Assembly: GCA_966212495.1 (NCBI GenBank)
Contig: CBIHRR010000001.1
Coordinates: forward strand, 1 to 59,215
Direction of reading: 5' to 3'
DNA: 59,215 nucleotides
Origin: an uncultured Gammaproteobacteria bacterium
GTDB lineage: Bacteria; Pseudomonadota; Gammaproteobacteria; Xanthomonadales; Xanthomonadaceae
Shown here: in pieces, positions 8,980 through 17,909 of the stretch
How positions within the stretch are numbered: the first letter of the stretch is position 1
Layout: each line of letters opens with the position of its first letter
Notes under the pieces: model-generated
The model's input: only the letters and a program-made list of their open reading frames with translations
Databases searched by the model: none
Told to the model about the DNA's origin: nothing
Made by a program: the position numbers and the translations under genes

Positions 8980-10174
8980 GGCCGGGCTGCGCGCCGCCAC
9001 CGAGGCGCTGGCGATGGAGCTGGCGCAACCGGGGACGCCGACCCCGGACTGGGACGACGTGCAGTGGCGGCTTGCCTGCGCGGTCGCCGCGGCGCACGGC
9101 GTGTCGCCGCTGCTGGGGCGCCGCTGCCGATGGCGACACGAGGCGTGGCAGCGTTTCCTGCGCGACCAGCGCGCCCACGTCGAATGCCGCCAGCGACGCA
9201 TCGCGGCGCTGCTCGGGCGCATCGATGCCGCCGCGCGCGCCGCCACGCTGCCGGTCATGGCGCTGAAGGGCTCGGCGCTGCACGCCATCGGCCTGTACGC
9301 GCCGGGCGATCGCCCCATGGCCGATGTCGACCTGCTGGTGCGGGAAGACCACGCCGGCACGGCGGTGGCGATGCTCGAGGCGCTCGGCTACGCGCAGTCG
9401 TATGCGCAGTGGAAGCATCGCGTGTTCAAGCCGGCCGCGGCCATCGCCCCGGTGCATGGCCTCGGCGAACACTGCGATACCCCGATCACCATCGAGCTGC
9501 ATTTCCGCATCCAGGAGCGCCTGCCGGTTTCCCTGGCCGACGTCACGGAGCGCATCCAGCCACGCGTGCCCCGGGCCGGCCTGAACGCCTACGCGTCGAC
9601 GGGCGCGCTGATGTGCCACCTCTTGCTGCACGCCGCTGGCGGCATCTGCAGTCGCAGCCTGCGCCTGATGCACCTGCACGACATCGCGCTGCTGTCGGCG
9701 AGGATGGCCGATGCCGACTGGGGGGAACTCGACGATTGCGACGCTGGCGGACCGGCCTGGTGGGCGTTGCCCGTCCTGCGCCTGGTCGATCGCTACCATC
9801 CAGGCCTCGTGCCGCCCGACGTGCCGGCCCGGCTGGCGCGCCAGTGCCCGTGGCTGCTGCGCGCGGTTTCCCGGCGCCAGGACATGACGCGCGTCTCCTG
9901 TTCCGAACTCTGGCTGCATCCGCTCGACGGGCTGGAATGGTCGCGCTCGGCCAGGGACGTCCGGCGCTGCCTCGCGAACCGCGTGAGGCCGTCGCGCGAA
10001 GCGGTACAGGAACGTGCCGACATGATGCGCACCCAGCTATGGCTGCAGGGCCAGGACTGGCCGCGGATGGGCCATGCGCGGCGCGCGCTCCGCTGGCTGG
10101 CGCGGCCGGTGCCGCGGATGGATATCCTCTACGCGGTGCGCGCGGCGATGGACGCCCCGGTGCTGGCGTCCTGA
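8936..10174 (+). CDS. Nucleotidyltransferase family protein (NTP_transf_5-like)
   Basis: LKGSAL...RPMADVDLLV (GS...DxD), IELHFR, HLLLHAA...LHDIALL. Start is 8936 or 8948. Confidence 0.78.
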   Translation: MPLEMPVLPPLKTVKAGLRAATEALAMELAQPGTPTPDWDDVQWRLACAVAAAHGVSPLLGRRCRWRHEAWQRFLRDQRAHVECRQRRIAALLGRIDAAARAATLPVMALKGSALHAIGLYAPGDRPMADVDLLVREDHAGTAVAMLEALGYAQSYAQWKHRVFKPAAAIAPVHGLGEHCDTPITIELHFRIQERLPVSLADVTERIQPRVPRAGLNAYASTGALMCHLLLHAAGGICSRSLRLMHLHDIALLSARMADADWGELDDCDAGGPAWWALPVLRLVDRYHPGLVPPDVPARLARQCPWLLRAVSRRQDMTRVSCSELWLHPLDGLEWSRSARDVRRCLANRVRPSREAVQERADMMRTQLWLQGQDWPRMGHARRALRWLARPVPRMDILYAVRAAMDAPVLAS

Positions 10175-10191
10175 ACGCGGCGGGCGCCGGC

Positions 10192-11139
10192 ATGCGAGCG
10201 TGCGCAACGCGGATGGCGTCGCCGGATGGAACGATCCGCTTGCGCTGTCCGTGCTGCGGCGCACGCGCCACGGATGGCGCTTGCCCGGCATGCGGATTCC
10301 GGTTCGGAGAGCTTGGCGGCATCGTCGACGCGCTGTCGCCGGAATCCCGCGCGGGCCTCGCGAGCTTCGTCTCCGGGTACGAACGGATCCGCGAGGCGGA
10401 AGGCCGTGGCAGCGGCAGCGCCGGGTACTACCTGGCGCTGCCATATCGCGACCTGTCCGGCCGCGACCCGCGGCAGTGGCGGATCCGCGCGCACAGCCAC
10501 GACTACTTCATGCGCCATCTGCTGCCGCGCGCGTTCCGCGAGGCTGCCTGCAGCGTGCTCGACCTCGGCGCCGGCAATGGCTGGATGAGCCATCGCCTCG
10601 CGCTGGCTGGCGGCCGTCCCGTTGCCGTCGACCTCGTGGTCAACGACCGCGACGGACTGGGCGCCGCGCGTCATTACCTGGAGCGATTGCCGGAGCCGTT
10701 TCCGCGGTTCCGGGCAACTTTCGACCGGCTTCCCTTCGACGACGCGCAGTTCGACCTCGCCGTGTTCAACGCCTCCTTCCACTATTGCGCGGATGGTGCC
10801 GCGACGCTGCGGGAAGCGCTGCGCTGTGTGAAGCCCGGGGGCAGCGTGGTCGTCAGCGACACGCCCTGGTATCCGCGCGAGGACGACGGCAGGCGGATGC
10901 TGGTGGAGCGGCGGATCGATTTCCTGGCCCGCCACGGCACGCAAGGCGATGCGCTCGACGCGATCGGGTTCCTGACCGATGCGCGACTGGACGCGATGGC
11001 GCGCGCGCTGGGGATCCGGTGGGAAGTCCATCGCCCGTGGCATGGGCTTGCCTGGGCGTTGCGGCCGTTGGTCGCCGCCCTCCGCCGCCGTCGCGCGCCG
11101 GCGCGATTCCGTCTTTACGTCGCGCGCAAGCCGGGTTGA
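10192..11139 (+). CDS. Class I SAM-dependent methyltransferase with N-terminal Cys cluster
   Basis: CPCC...CPAC zinc-ribbon-like N-terminus; VLDLGAGNGW; LPFDDAQFDLAVFNASFHY; VKPGG. Start is 10192 or 10213. Confidence 0.82.
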   Translation: MRACATRMASPDGTIRLRCPCCGARATDGACPACGFRFGELGGIVDALSPESRAGLASFVSGYERIREAEGRGSGSAGYYLALPYRDLSGRDPRQWRIRAHSHDYFMRHLLPRAFREAACSVLDLGAGNGWMSHRLALAGGRPVAVDLVVNDRDGLGAARHYLERLPEPFPRFRATFDRLPFDDAQFDLAVFNASFHYCADGAATLREALRCVKPGGSVVVSDTPWYPREDDGRRMLVERRIDFLARHGTQGDALDAIGFLTDARLDAMARALGIRWEVHRPWHGLAWALRPLVAALRRRRAPARFRLYVARKPG

Positions 11140-11148
11140 CGCAGGGCG

Positions 11149-12243
11149 TCACCGCCGGCGGAGATAGAGGGCTTCGAACGCCCGCGCCGTGAAGTCGGCA
11201 TCCTCGGCGATCGCCAGCCGCTGCGCAGCCGATGCCAGGCGCAGGCGCAGCGCCTCGTCGTCGAGGACCCGCCCGATGGCGTCCGCGAGGGCGGGGGCAT
11301 CGCCGACCGGCACGACGAGCGCGGCCGATGGTGCCCATTCGACCAGGTGCCCCACCGCAGTGCCGACGGTCGGCACGCCGGCAATCGCCGCTTCGAGCGC
11401 GACCACGGGACCGGCTTCGTGGCGCGATGCCATCAGCAGCACGTCCGACGCTTCCAGCAACGGGCGGAGCTCGCGCTGGGTCCTGAAGCCCGCGAAGCGC
11501 ACGCGATCGCCCAGCCCGAGCGCCGCGGCGAGCCGGTGCACTTCGCCGTCCAGCGTATCCACGCCCACCACGTCCAGCGAGAAGTCGACGCCGCGCTGCG
11601 CGAGGATCGAAATGGCCCGCAGCAGCGTCGCCGGGTCCTTCACGCGGTTGAGGCTGGCGACATGGATGAGTCGCGCTGGTCCCGCGCCGCGCGGGCGCGG
11701 TGGCGATGGCGGCCACGCATCGAGGTCGACGCCCAGCGGGATCCGCCCGGCATGGATGCCGAGATCGCGCAGCGACGCCAGGATGGGGGCGCTGGCCGCG
11801 GTCACGGCATCGGCGGCGCGCAGCACGAGCGCCTCGCGCAGCCGGCTTGCCAGTCGCCTGCGCCCGCCGTAGTCGATCGCGTGCAGGGCCACGAGTTCGC
11901 CGCCGGCGACATGCACGAAGCCGCGCACGCGCAACACGCGCGCCGCCGCGACGGCGACGAGGCCGCAGGAGCCGGAAAAGATCGACTGGATGCAGTCGAA
12001 AGGGCCGCGCCGGTGCTCGGCGAGGATCGCGCGCACGGCACGGACGCGCGTCCACCCCTCGCCGATGTTGTGGATGCGGGCGCCGGCGAGCGTCCACTCG
12101 CCGCGCAGCGCTTCCTGGTGCAGCGCGAACACATGCACTTCATGGCGTCGCGAGAGGCGTTCGATGAGCGCGAGCAGCGCGGGGATCACGCGTCGCTCGC
12201 CGCCACGGTCGACGCCGCCAGGCACCACGAGCGCGAGCTTCAC
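11149..12243 (-). CDS. Glycosyltransferase family 4 (GT-B)
   Basis: GTG start overlaps the upstream TGA. VASLNRVKD and SRHEAGPVVALEAAIAGVPTVGT (E-x7-E motif). Confidence 0.85.
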   Translation of the reverse strand: MKLALVVPGGVDRGGERRVIPALLALIERLSRRHEVHVFALHQEALRGEWTLAGARIHNIGEGWTRVRAVRAILAEHRRGPFDCIQSIFSGSCGLVAVAAARVLRVRGFVHVAGGELVALHAIDYGGRRRLASRLREALVLRAADAVTAASAPILASLRDLGIHAGRIPLGVDLDAWPPSPPRPRGAGPARLIHVASLNRVKDPATLLRAISILAQRGVDFSLDVVGVDTLDGEVHRLAAALGLGDRVRFAGFRTQRELRPLLEASDVLLMASRHEAGPVVALEAAIAGVPTVGTAVGHLVEWAPSAALVVPVGDAPALADAIGRVLDDEALRLRLASAAQRLAIAEDADFTARAFEALYLRRR

Positions 12244-13451
12244 CGCCGGCCCCGGGCGTGTTGCTCGCGCACCTGCGCGTAGGCGTCCGCCCAGCGCCGG
12301 CCCACCGCGTCGAAGGACAGCGTGGCATCGAAATGCGTGCGCACCTGCGTCGGCGGCGTGCGTCGCGAGGCGACTTCCACCAGCGCATCGGCAAGGCGCG
12401 CCGCGTCGCCCGCCGGCCACAGCCGACCGACGGCGCCGCCGCCGGTCAAGGCACGGAACGACGGGATGTCGGTCACAACCGGGGCGGTGCCGCAGGCGAG
12501 CGCCTCGAGCAGCGCGTAGCCGCAGCTCTCCGAGCGGCTTCCGGAGACGAACACGTCGGCCGCGCGCATCAGCGCTTCGACCTGCGCATGCGGCACGTGG
12601 CCGAGGAAATGCACCCGGTCGGCGAGTTGCGGACAGGCGCGGACCCGATCCTGCACCGCGGCCAGCAGCGGCGCGGAACCGAACGCGCACCACAGCTGCA
12701 GCCCGGGCAACTGCATCGCGGCACGCGCGATGCCGTCGATGACGGCGAGCGGATCCTTGCCGGCGTTCATGTGCCCCACCCACAGGACGCAGGGGTCGCC
12801 GTGGATCCCGGTTTCCGCGCGGGCGCGCCGACGGTCCCCCGGGGCGAAGCGGCTGCTGGATTCGGGGATCGCGAAGACCGGCAGGCGTTCCGGGAACACG
12901 CGTGCGTCGAAGAACGGTCGCGCCTGCGCAGTGGCGGTGAAGGCGACGGCCGACACCGCCGAGTACCAGCGCCGCCACTGCGGCGTCCGCCACCAGCGCG
13001 GCGGACGATCCGCGTGGTCCTGGCACAGGATCGGCAGGCGCGGCAGCTGGCGCGCCACCCCGAACGCTTCGCCGGCGAACGCCAGGCCGTGCACGTGCAG
13101 GACATCCGCACGGAGGTCGGACAGCAGGCCAGCGACCATCCGGCTGCGCGCCGACTTTCCCGTCGCACCGTCACCGATTTCGACGAAGTGGTATTCGATC
13201 CCGTCGCGCAAGACGCAGTCGCGCTTCGACGCCGACTGCACGACGGTGACGCGGACGCCGCCAGTGGCGGCGATCGCCGCGACATCCCGCAGCGAATGCC
13301 AGCGGTCGAGCAACGCGCCGGCGGCGAGGCCGACCGGAGCGGGCTGGAAGTTGGCCTGGACGACGTGCAATGCGGCGCGGCCCGGCGCTAGAGGCCGGAA
13401 ACCTGCGGCATGCGCAGGCTCAGCAGCCGGCTGGCCAACTCCAGTTCCCAT
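12240..13451 (-). CDS. Glycosyltransferase family 4 (GT-B)
   Basis: WVGHMNAGKD and SRSESCGYALLEALACGTAPVVTDIP (E-x7-E). Start is uncertain; an alternative TTG is at 13370. Confidence 0.85.
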   Translation of the reverse strand: MGTGVGQPAAEPAHAAGFRPLAPGRAALHVVQANFQPAPVGLAAGALLDRWHSLRDVAAIAATGGVRVTVVQSASKRDCVLRDGIEYHFVEIGDGATGKSARSRMVAGLLSDLRADVLHVHGLAFAGEAFGVARQLPRLPILCQDHADRPPRWWRTPQWRRWYSAVSAVAFTATAQARPFFDARVFPERLPVFAIPESSSRFAPGDRRRARAETGIHGDPCVLWVGHMNAGKDPLAVIDGIARAAMQLPGLQLWCAFGSAPLLAAVQDRVRACPQLADRVHFLGHVPHAQVEALMRAADVFVSGSRSESCGYALLEALACGTAPVVTDIPSFRALTGGGAVGRLWPAGDAARLADALVEVASRRTPPTQVRTHFDATLSFDAVGRRWADAYAQVREQHARGRR

Positions 13452-14908
13452 GGCCGGTCGTAGTTGCCGCGGCGGTAACGCCAGCCGGCCATCGCGCGCA
13501 GCCCGCGCTTAGCCCAGGCGGGCGAGCCGAGATCCTGGACCGTCGGGTACCGGCAACGCAGCACGGTCACGAAATCATGGATCCGCTGGCGCAACCTGTC
13601 GTCGACCCATGGCGCGTCCGCATGGCACGCATAGGCGACCCAGCGCGGCTCCGCCCACTCCTCCAGCGTCTTCGGGAACACCACCGGGCGCCCGTCCAGG
13701 TCGCGCATCTCCACCGGCGCGCGCCGGCGCCGGTCGGATTCGTGGCGGCTTTCGTCGGGCAGCGGCGTGTAGATGTAGACGATCACCTCCGCGTCCGGGT
13801 TGATCCGCTTGAGCTCGCGGATGAAGTCGAACGTGCGTTCGGTTTCCTCCTCGGTATTCTCCGGCGGCGCGACCATGAACGACAGCTCGGGGATCACGCC
13901 CTGGCGGCGGCACAGCTTCACCGCTTCGACCGTCTGGTCCGGGCGCGTGCCCTTGCGGATGTCCTTGAGCATCTGCCCGCTCGGCGATTCCGCGCCGATG
14001 TAGGCCATGCGCAGCCCGCTCTTGCGCACCAGTTCCCAGCCGCGCGCGGACAGGCCGAGCAGCGCATCGGCGCGGGCGTAGCACCACCATGGCATCGCAT
14101 GGCGCGCCATGACCTCGAGCAGCGGGATCATGTCCTGCTCGCGGTCGAAGAAGTTGTTGTCGAAGTACTGCACGGAGTCGGCGCCGAGCTCGTGCTTGAA
14201 ATACGCGAGGTCCCGGTCGAGCCGCTCGGGCGTGGACAGGTGGGTGGCGCCGCCATACATCGCCGCGACGCCGCAGAAGGTGCAGCGGAAGCGGCAGCCG
14301 GTCGCCGCCTGGTGGACGACGGTGCGGCGACCGAGATAGGTGCGCGCGAGGTAACGGCGGGGATCGCCCAGCAGTTCGTAGGGGAGGCGATCCCCGCCGG
14401 CGGAGACCGGGATGCGTCGCGCGGGGTTGTGGACGATGGTGGCGCCGTCCTTCCAGGACAGGCCCGCGATGCGCGGGGGTCCGGCGTGGTCGCGGTCGCG
14501 CAGCGCGGCGACGAGTTCCGGCAGGGTTTCGTCGCCGGGGCCGCGGATGACGTAGTCCACGTCCGGCGAGCCGAGCGCCGCTTCCGTGTTGAGGGTGGGG
14601 AAGTAACCACCCCAGGCGATCGGCAGTTTCGGGAAGCGTTCGCGGATCGCGCGCGAAACGGCCATCGCCGGCGCCAGCTGGGGGCCGCCCATGACGCTGA
14701 TGCCGGCGAGGTCGAACGGTTCCTCTTCGATCGCGCGCAGCGCCGCGTCGACGAACTCGCGATCGACATTGCCGTCGATGATCCGGCTGCTGCCCGCGCC
14801 ATTCCGCTCCAGCGCCGCGGACAGGGTCAGCAGTGCCAGCGGGAAACGCGCGCTGCGGCGCGACGCGATCGTGGGATTGACCAGCAGGGTGCGCGGAGCG
14901 TTCGGCAT
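13388..14908 (-). CDS. B12-binding domain radical SAM enzyme (rSAM2)
   Basis: LLVNP...FPLALLTL, GISVMGG and WGGYFPT (B12 domain); TGCRFRCTFC; FDNNFF; IGAES. Confidence 0.88.
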   Translation of the reverse strand: MPNAPRTLLVNPTIASRRSARFPLALLTLSAALERNGAGSSRIIDGNVDREFVDAALRAIEEEPFDLAGISVMGGPQLAPAMAVSRAIRERFPKLPIAWGGYFPTLNTEAALGSPDVDYVIRGPGDETLPELVAALRDRDHAGPPRIAGLSWKDGATIVHNPARRIPVSAGGDRLPYELLGDPRRYLARTYLGRRTVVHQAATGCRFRCTFCGVAAMYGGATHLSTPERLDRDLAYFKHELGADSVQYFDNNFFDREQDMIPLLEVMARHAMPWWCYARADALLGLSARGWELVRKSGLRMAYIGAESPSGQMLKDIRKGTRPDQTVEAVKLCRRQGVIPELSFMVAPPENTEEETERTFDFIRELKRINPDAEVIVYIYTPLPDESRHESDRRRRAPVEMRDLDGRPVVFPKTLEEWAEPRWVAYACHADAPWVDDRLRQRIHDFVTVLRCRYPTVQDLGSPAWAKRGLRAMAGWRYRRGNYDRPWELELASRLLSLRMPQVSGL

Positions 14909-14934
14909 GCGATGGATGTCCAGGAGTGTCGTGG

Positions 14935-15693
14935 TCAGCGCGGGCGCCGCAACTGCAGCACCAGGGCGACGGGCACGTCGAGGGCGGCGCGATCGAAGCG
15001 CGCGCCCGCGGGGATGTCGGCCGGGTCCAGCATCGGCTCGCGCACCTGCTCGATGTGCAGGCCGGCCGCCGTGCAGGCGTCGTGCCAGTCGGCGTAGAGG
15101 TGTTGCGCGTGGCGAACGGCATAGCGTTCACCGCCATGCCTGAAATCGCGCACCCATCCGAGCGCGTGGCCGATCGGGTGGACGTCGCTGCACAGCACGT
15201 TGCCACCGGGCCGGGTCGCGCGGGCGAGTTCGGAGACGCATGCGCGCAGGTCGGGCAGGTGGCCGACGACGAGGCCGCAAATGGCGAGATCCACGCTGGC
15301 ATCCGCGACGGGCAGGGCGTCGAGGCTTCCGGCGACCAGTCCGATGGAGGCTTCCCGGTTGTCGCCGCGCTTGCGTCCGTCGTCGCGTCTGTCGTTGCGC
15401 TCGCCGGAGCCGCGCAGCGCAGCGCCGGCATGCGCGAGCATCTCCGGCGACAGGTCCACGCCGGTGACGCGCGCCGCGCCGCGCCGCAGCGCGTGCAACA
15501 TGTAACGTCCGCTGCCGCAGCCTGCGTCGAGCACGGCCATCCCGCGCAGCGATTCGGGCAGCAGCGCGAGCATGGCGCGTTCCTCGGCCAGCATCACCGG
15601 GTTGTGCGCATGCGCCGGATAGCTCGACGCCCACAGCGCATAGGCGGGCGCGGGGTCGAGGAGGATCGGGGCGTTCACTGCGGTGCCCGGCAT
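14935..15693 (-). CDS. Class I SAM-dependent methyltransferase (BioC-like)
   Basis: AYALWASSY...VLDAGCGSGRY...GVDLSPEML...RPGG...SDVHP. TGATG coupling to the amidohydrolase. Confidence 0.83.
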   Translation of the reverse strand: MPGTAVNAPILLDPAPAYALWASSYPAHAHNPVMLAEERAMLALLPESLRGMAVLDAGCGSGRYMLHALRRGAARVTGVDLSPEMLAHAGAALRGSGERNDRRDDGRKRGDNREASIGLVAGSLDALPVADASVDLAICGLVVGHLPDLRACVSELARATRPGGNVLCSDVHPIGHALGWVRDFRHGGERYAVRHAQHLYADWHDACTAAGLHIEQVREPMLDPADIPAGARFDRAALDVPVALVLQLRRPR

Positions 15694-16925
15694 CAGCGGC
15701 TCCCCGTGATCAACGCGGGCGCGCCCTGCGATCGCCCGGCGCCGGTGTCGGGTTCGAGGCCCGGTTCGAGCGCGATGACGGCGGGATCGGCGAGCCAGCG
15801 CGCCAGCAGCTTCGGCTGGCCGTCGAGCGAGACCGGCACGGCGTCGACGCCGGCGATCGCGAACCAGTCGGCCAGGTCGGGATCGGTGATGCAGGGCAGT
15901 CCGTCGCGCACGACCGCGCGCAGGTCGCTGCGGCGCAGGCCCGCGACCGCGTCCGCGGCGTTGCCGCCGGTATCGCGCACGACCAGGAGGTCCGCCCGGT
16001 CGCCCGGCCCGAGGCTGCCATGGCCCGGCATGCGCAGGATGCGCGCGGCGGCAGTGGTCGCCAGTTCCAGCAGCCGTGCCTGCGCCAGTTCGCCGCGCAG
16101 CGCGATGCCGCGCATTTCGTCGAGCATGTCGCGCGCGCCGCTGAGCCGCGAATCCGTGCCCAGCGCGAGCCGGCCGGCGGCGAGCAGCCGGTGTGGATCC
16201 AGCGTGCGGCCGAGCAGGGCGTGGTTGCTCGAAGGACACCAGACGACGGCCGCGCCACGTTCGATGACGCGTTCGATGTCGGACGCGCGCAAGCCCACGC
16301 CGTGCACCAGCACGCTGTTGCGCGCGAGGCAACCGATGGCGTCGAGCGCCTCCAGTTCCGCCTGCGCGACGGCATCGGTACCTTCGGCCAGGTGGATCAT
16401 CCACGGGCGTTCGCCCGGCGTGTCGAGGAAGCTGCGCCGCGCATCGGGGCCATAGCCCGGCCATCCGAGCGCATAGCTCCAGCCATGGTCGCGCAGCACG
16501 GCGACCGGGAAATCGGGTTCGTCCAGCACCGGATGCCAGGGGTCGTGGTGCGCGACACAGGTGGTGCCGGCCAGCAGGTTTTTCAGCGCGCCGTGGCGCA
16601 TGCGCACGTCGCGGGGCACGGCGAGCGCCGCGGCCACCGCCGGCTGCGCGAAATGCGCGCCGAACGCTTCGATCCACTCGTAGCTGTTGCGGAACGGCTC
16701 GTCGTGCAAGAGCGGGGGTACCGCGTTCACGTGCAGGTGCTCGTGGGCGTTGACCAGCCCGGGCAGGACCAGGTGCCCATCCAGCCGCAGGCGCGACGCC
16801 TGCACGCCGGCGGCGCTGCCGATTCGGCCGTCGCGGATCGGCAAGGGCGCGCGCACGAGGCCGCCCGGAGCGAGTGTGGCGGCGCCGTGCAGGTCGATCC
16901 CGATCGTGGCGGGCGTCGCGTCCAT
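15693..16925 (-). CDS. Metal-dependent amidohydrolase (MTA/SAH/nucleoside deaminase-like)
   Basis: PGLVNAHEH (HxH), IHLAEG, LVHGV, WCPSSN, LGTDS and G-x-RADLLV. Confidence 0.83.
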   Translation of the reverse strand: MDATPATIGIDLHGAATLAPGGLVRAPLPIRDGRIGSAAGVQASRLRLDGHLVLPGLVNAHEHLHVNAVPPLLHDEPFRNSYEWIEAFGAHFAQPAVAAALAVPRDVRMRHGALKNLLAGTTCVAHHDPWHPVLDEPDFPVAVLRDHGWSYALGWPGYGPDARRSFLDTPGERPWMIHLAEGTDAVAQAELEALDAIGCLARNSVLVHGVGLRASDIERVIERGAAVVWCPSSNHALLGRTLDPHRLLAAGRLALGTDSRLSGARDMLDEMRGIALRGELAQARLLELATTAAARILRMPGHGSLGPGDRADLLVVRDTGGNAADAVAGLRRSDLRAVVRDGLPCITDPDLADWFAIAGVDAVPVSLDGQPKLLARWLADPAVIALEPGLEPDTGAGRSQGAPALITGSR

Positions 16926-16927
16926 GC

Positions 16928-17773
16928 TCAGCGCCGGCGCATCACCATGAGGAAGTGGTCGCCCATGTCGCGCAGCAGCGGCCAGCCGCCGACGCGATCA
17001 TCGAGCCTGCCCAGTCGTTCGCACCATCCCGGGTGGCGGTGGCAGAAGTCCACGAGGTAGGGCGGCGGCAGGAAGAGGCTCAGCGCGCGATAACGCAGCA
17101 GCGAGAACCGCACCGCGAAATGCCGGTGGAATTCGCGTGGCAGGTAGTAGCGCGTCCAGATCGTATGCCGGTTCATCCCGACCGCCGTCGCGCCCCGCGC
17201 GGCGCGGACGCCGGCGCGCCCGAAGCGGCCGCGCAGCGCGTAATGGCCCAGCTCCCACGGACAGATCCGGCCCATCACGGAGAACACGAGCACGCCGCCG
17301 GGTGCGAGCAGGCGCGCGCATTCGTCGGCGGTGGCGGCGAGGTCGGGCGCGCAGTTCAGCGGCCCGAAGTTGGAGTAGATGCCGTCGAACGCACCGTCAT
17401 GCGCAGCGTCGAGTTCGGCGAGCTGCTGGATCCCCAGTTGCCTCACCGTCACGGGCGAGGGCAGCTGCGCTTCCGCCATGCGGGCTTCGGTGCGCGCGAC
17501 CATGCCCGGGGACCAGTCGGTGGCGACCACGCGATAACCGCATTGCGCGAACCGCAGCGCGTCGATGCCGGTGCCGCAACCCAGGTCGAGCAGGCGCGCG
17601 CCGGGCGCGAGTTCGCGGTCCACGACGTCCCAGAGGGTGCGGCGCATGCGCTGGATCAGCGCGTTGTTGCCGCGCGGTCCGTCGTAGTCGGCGGCCACGC
17701 TGTCGAACGCGCGCCGGGTGTCGTCCAGCTGCGTCGCGACCGATGCGGCTGCGGCGCCGCGGATTCCCGTCAT
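16928..17773 (-). CDS. Class I SAM-dependent methyltransferase
   Basis: AFDSVAADYD, LLDLGCGTGIDA, FDGIYSNFGPLN and LAPGG. Strong RBS GAGGAGG before ATG 17773. Confidence 0.85.
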   Translation of the reverse strand: MTGIRGAAAASVATQLDDTRRAFDSVAADYDGPRGNNALIQRMRRTLWDVVDRELAPGARLLDLGCGTGIDALRFAQCGYRVVATDWSPGMVARTEARMAEAQLPSPVTVRQLGIQQLAELDAAHDGAFDGIYSNFGPLNCAPDLAATADECARLLAPGGVLVFSVMGRICPWELGHYALRGRFGRAGVRAARGATAVGMNRHTIWTRYYLPREFHRHFAVRFSLLRYRALSLFLPPPYLVDFCHRHPGWCERLGRLDDRVGGWPLLRDMGDHFLMVMRRR

Positions 17774-17796
17774 GTCGCGCCCCTCCTCGAATGCAG

Positions 17797-17826
17797 ATGG
17801 GTGCCGCGGGCCGGCGGAAAAGTTGC
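17797..17826 (-). promoter_or_regulatory. Putative ECF-sigma promoter P3 (MT-amidohydrolase-MT-rSAM2-GT-GT operon)
   Basis: Minus strand reads GCAAC ttttccgccggcccgcgg CACCCAT (18-nt spacer), just upstream of the RBS. Confidence 0.7.
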
Positions 17827-17851
17827 GTCCGGGCGGGGCCGCCACCCCTTT

Positions 17852-17882
17852 GCAACCTTTTGACGGGGCGGCCGGCACACAC
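17852..17882 (+). promoter_or_regulatory. Putative ECF-sigma promoter P4 (mtrA-mtrB-c4 operon)
   Basis: GCAAC cttttgacggggcggccgg CACACAC (19-nt spacer). Confidence 0.6.
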
Positions 17883-17909
17883 CGCCAGGCGCATGCGGGG
17901 GCAGCTCTG

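Noticed and set aside
4631..17909. RiPP/lasso precursor peptide
   Set aside because: Gaps are 136 bp or shorter and the larger ones are occupied by promoter motifs. No short ORF with an RBS and leader/core pattern was found, and no RRE or cyclase is present.
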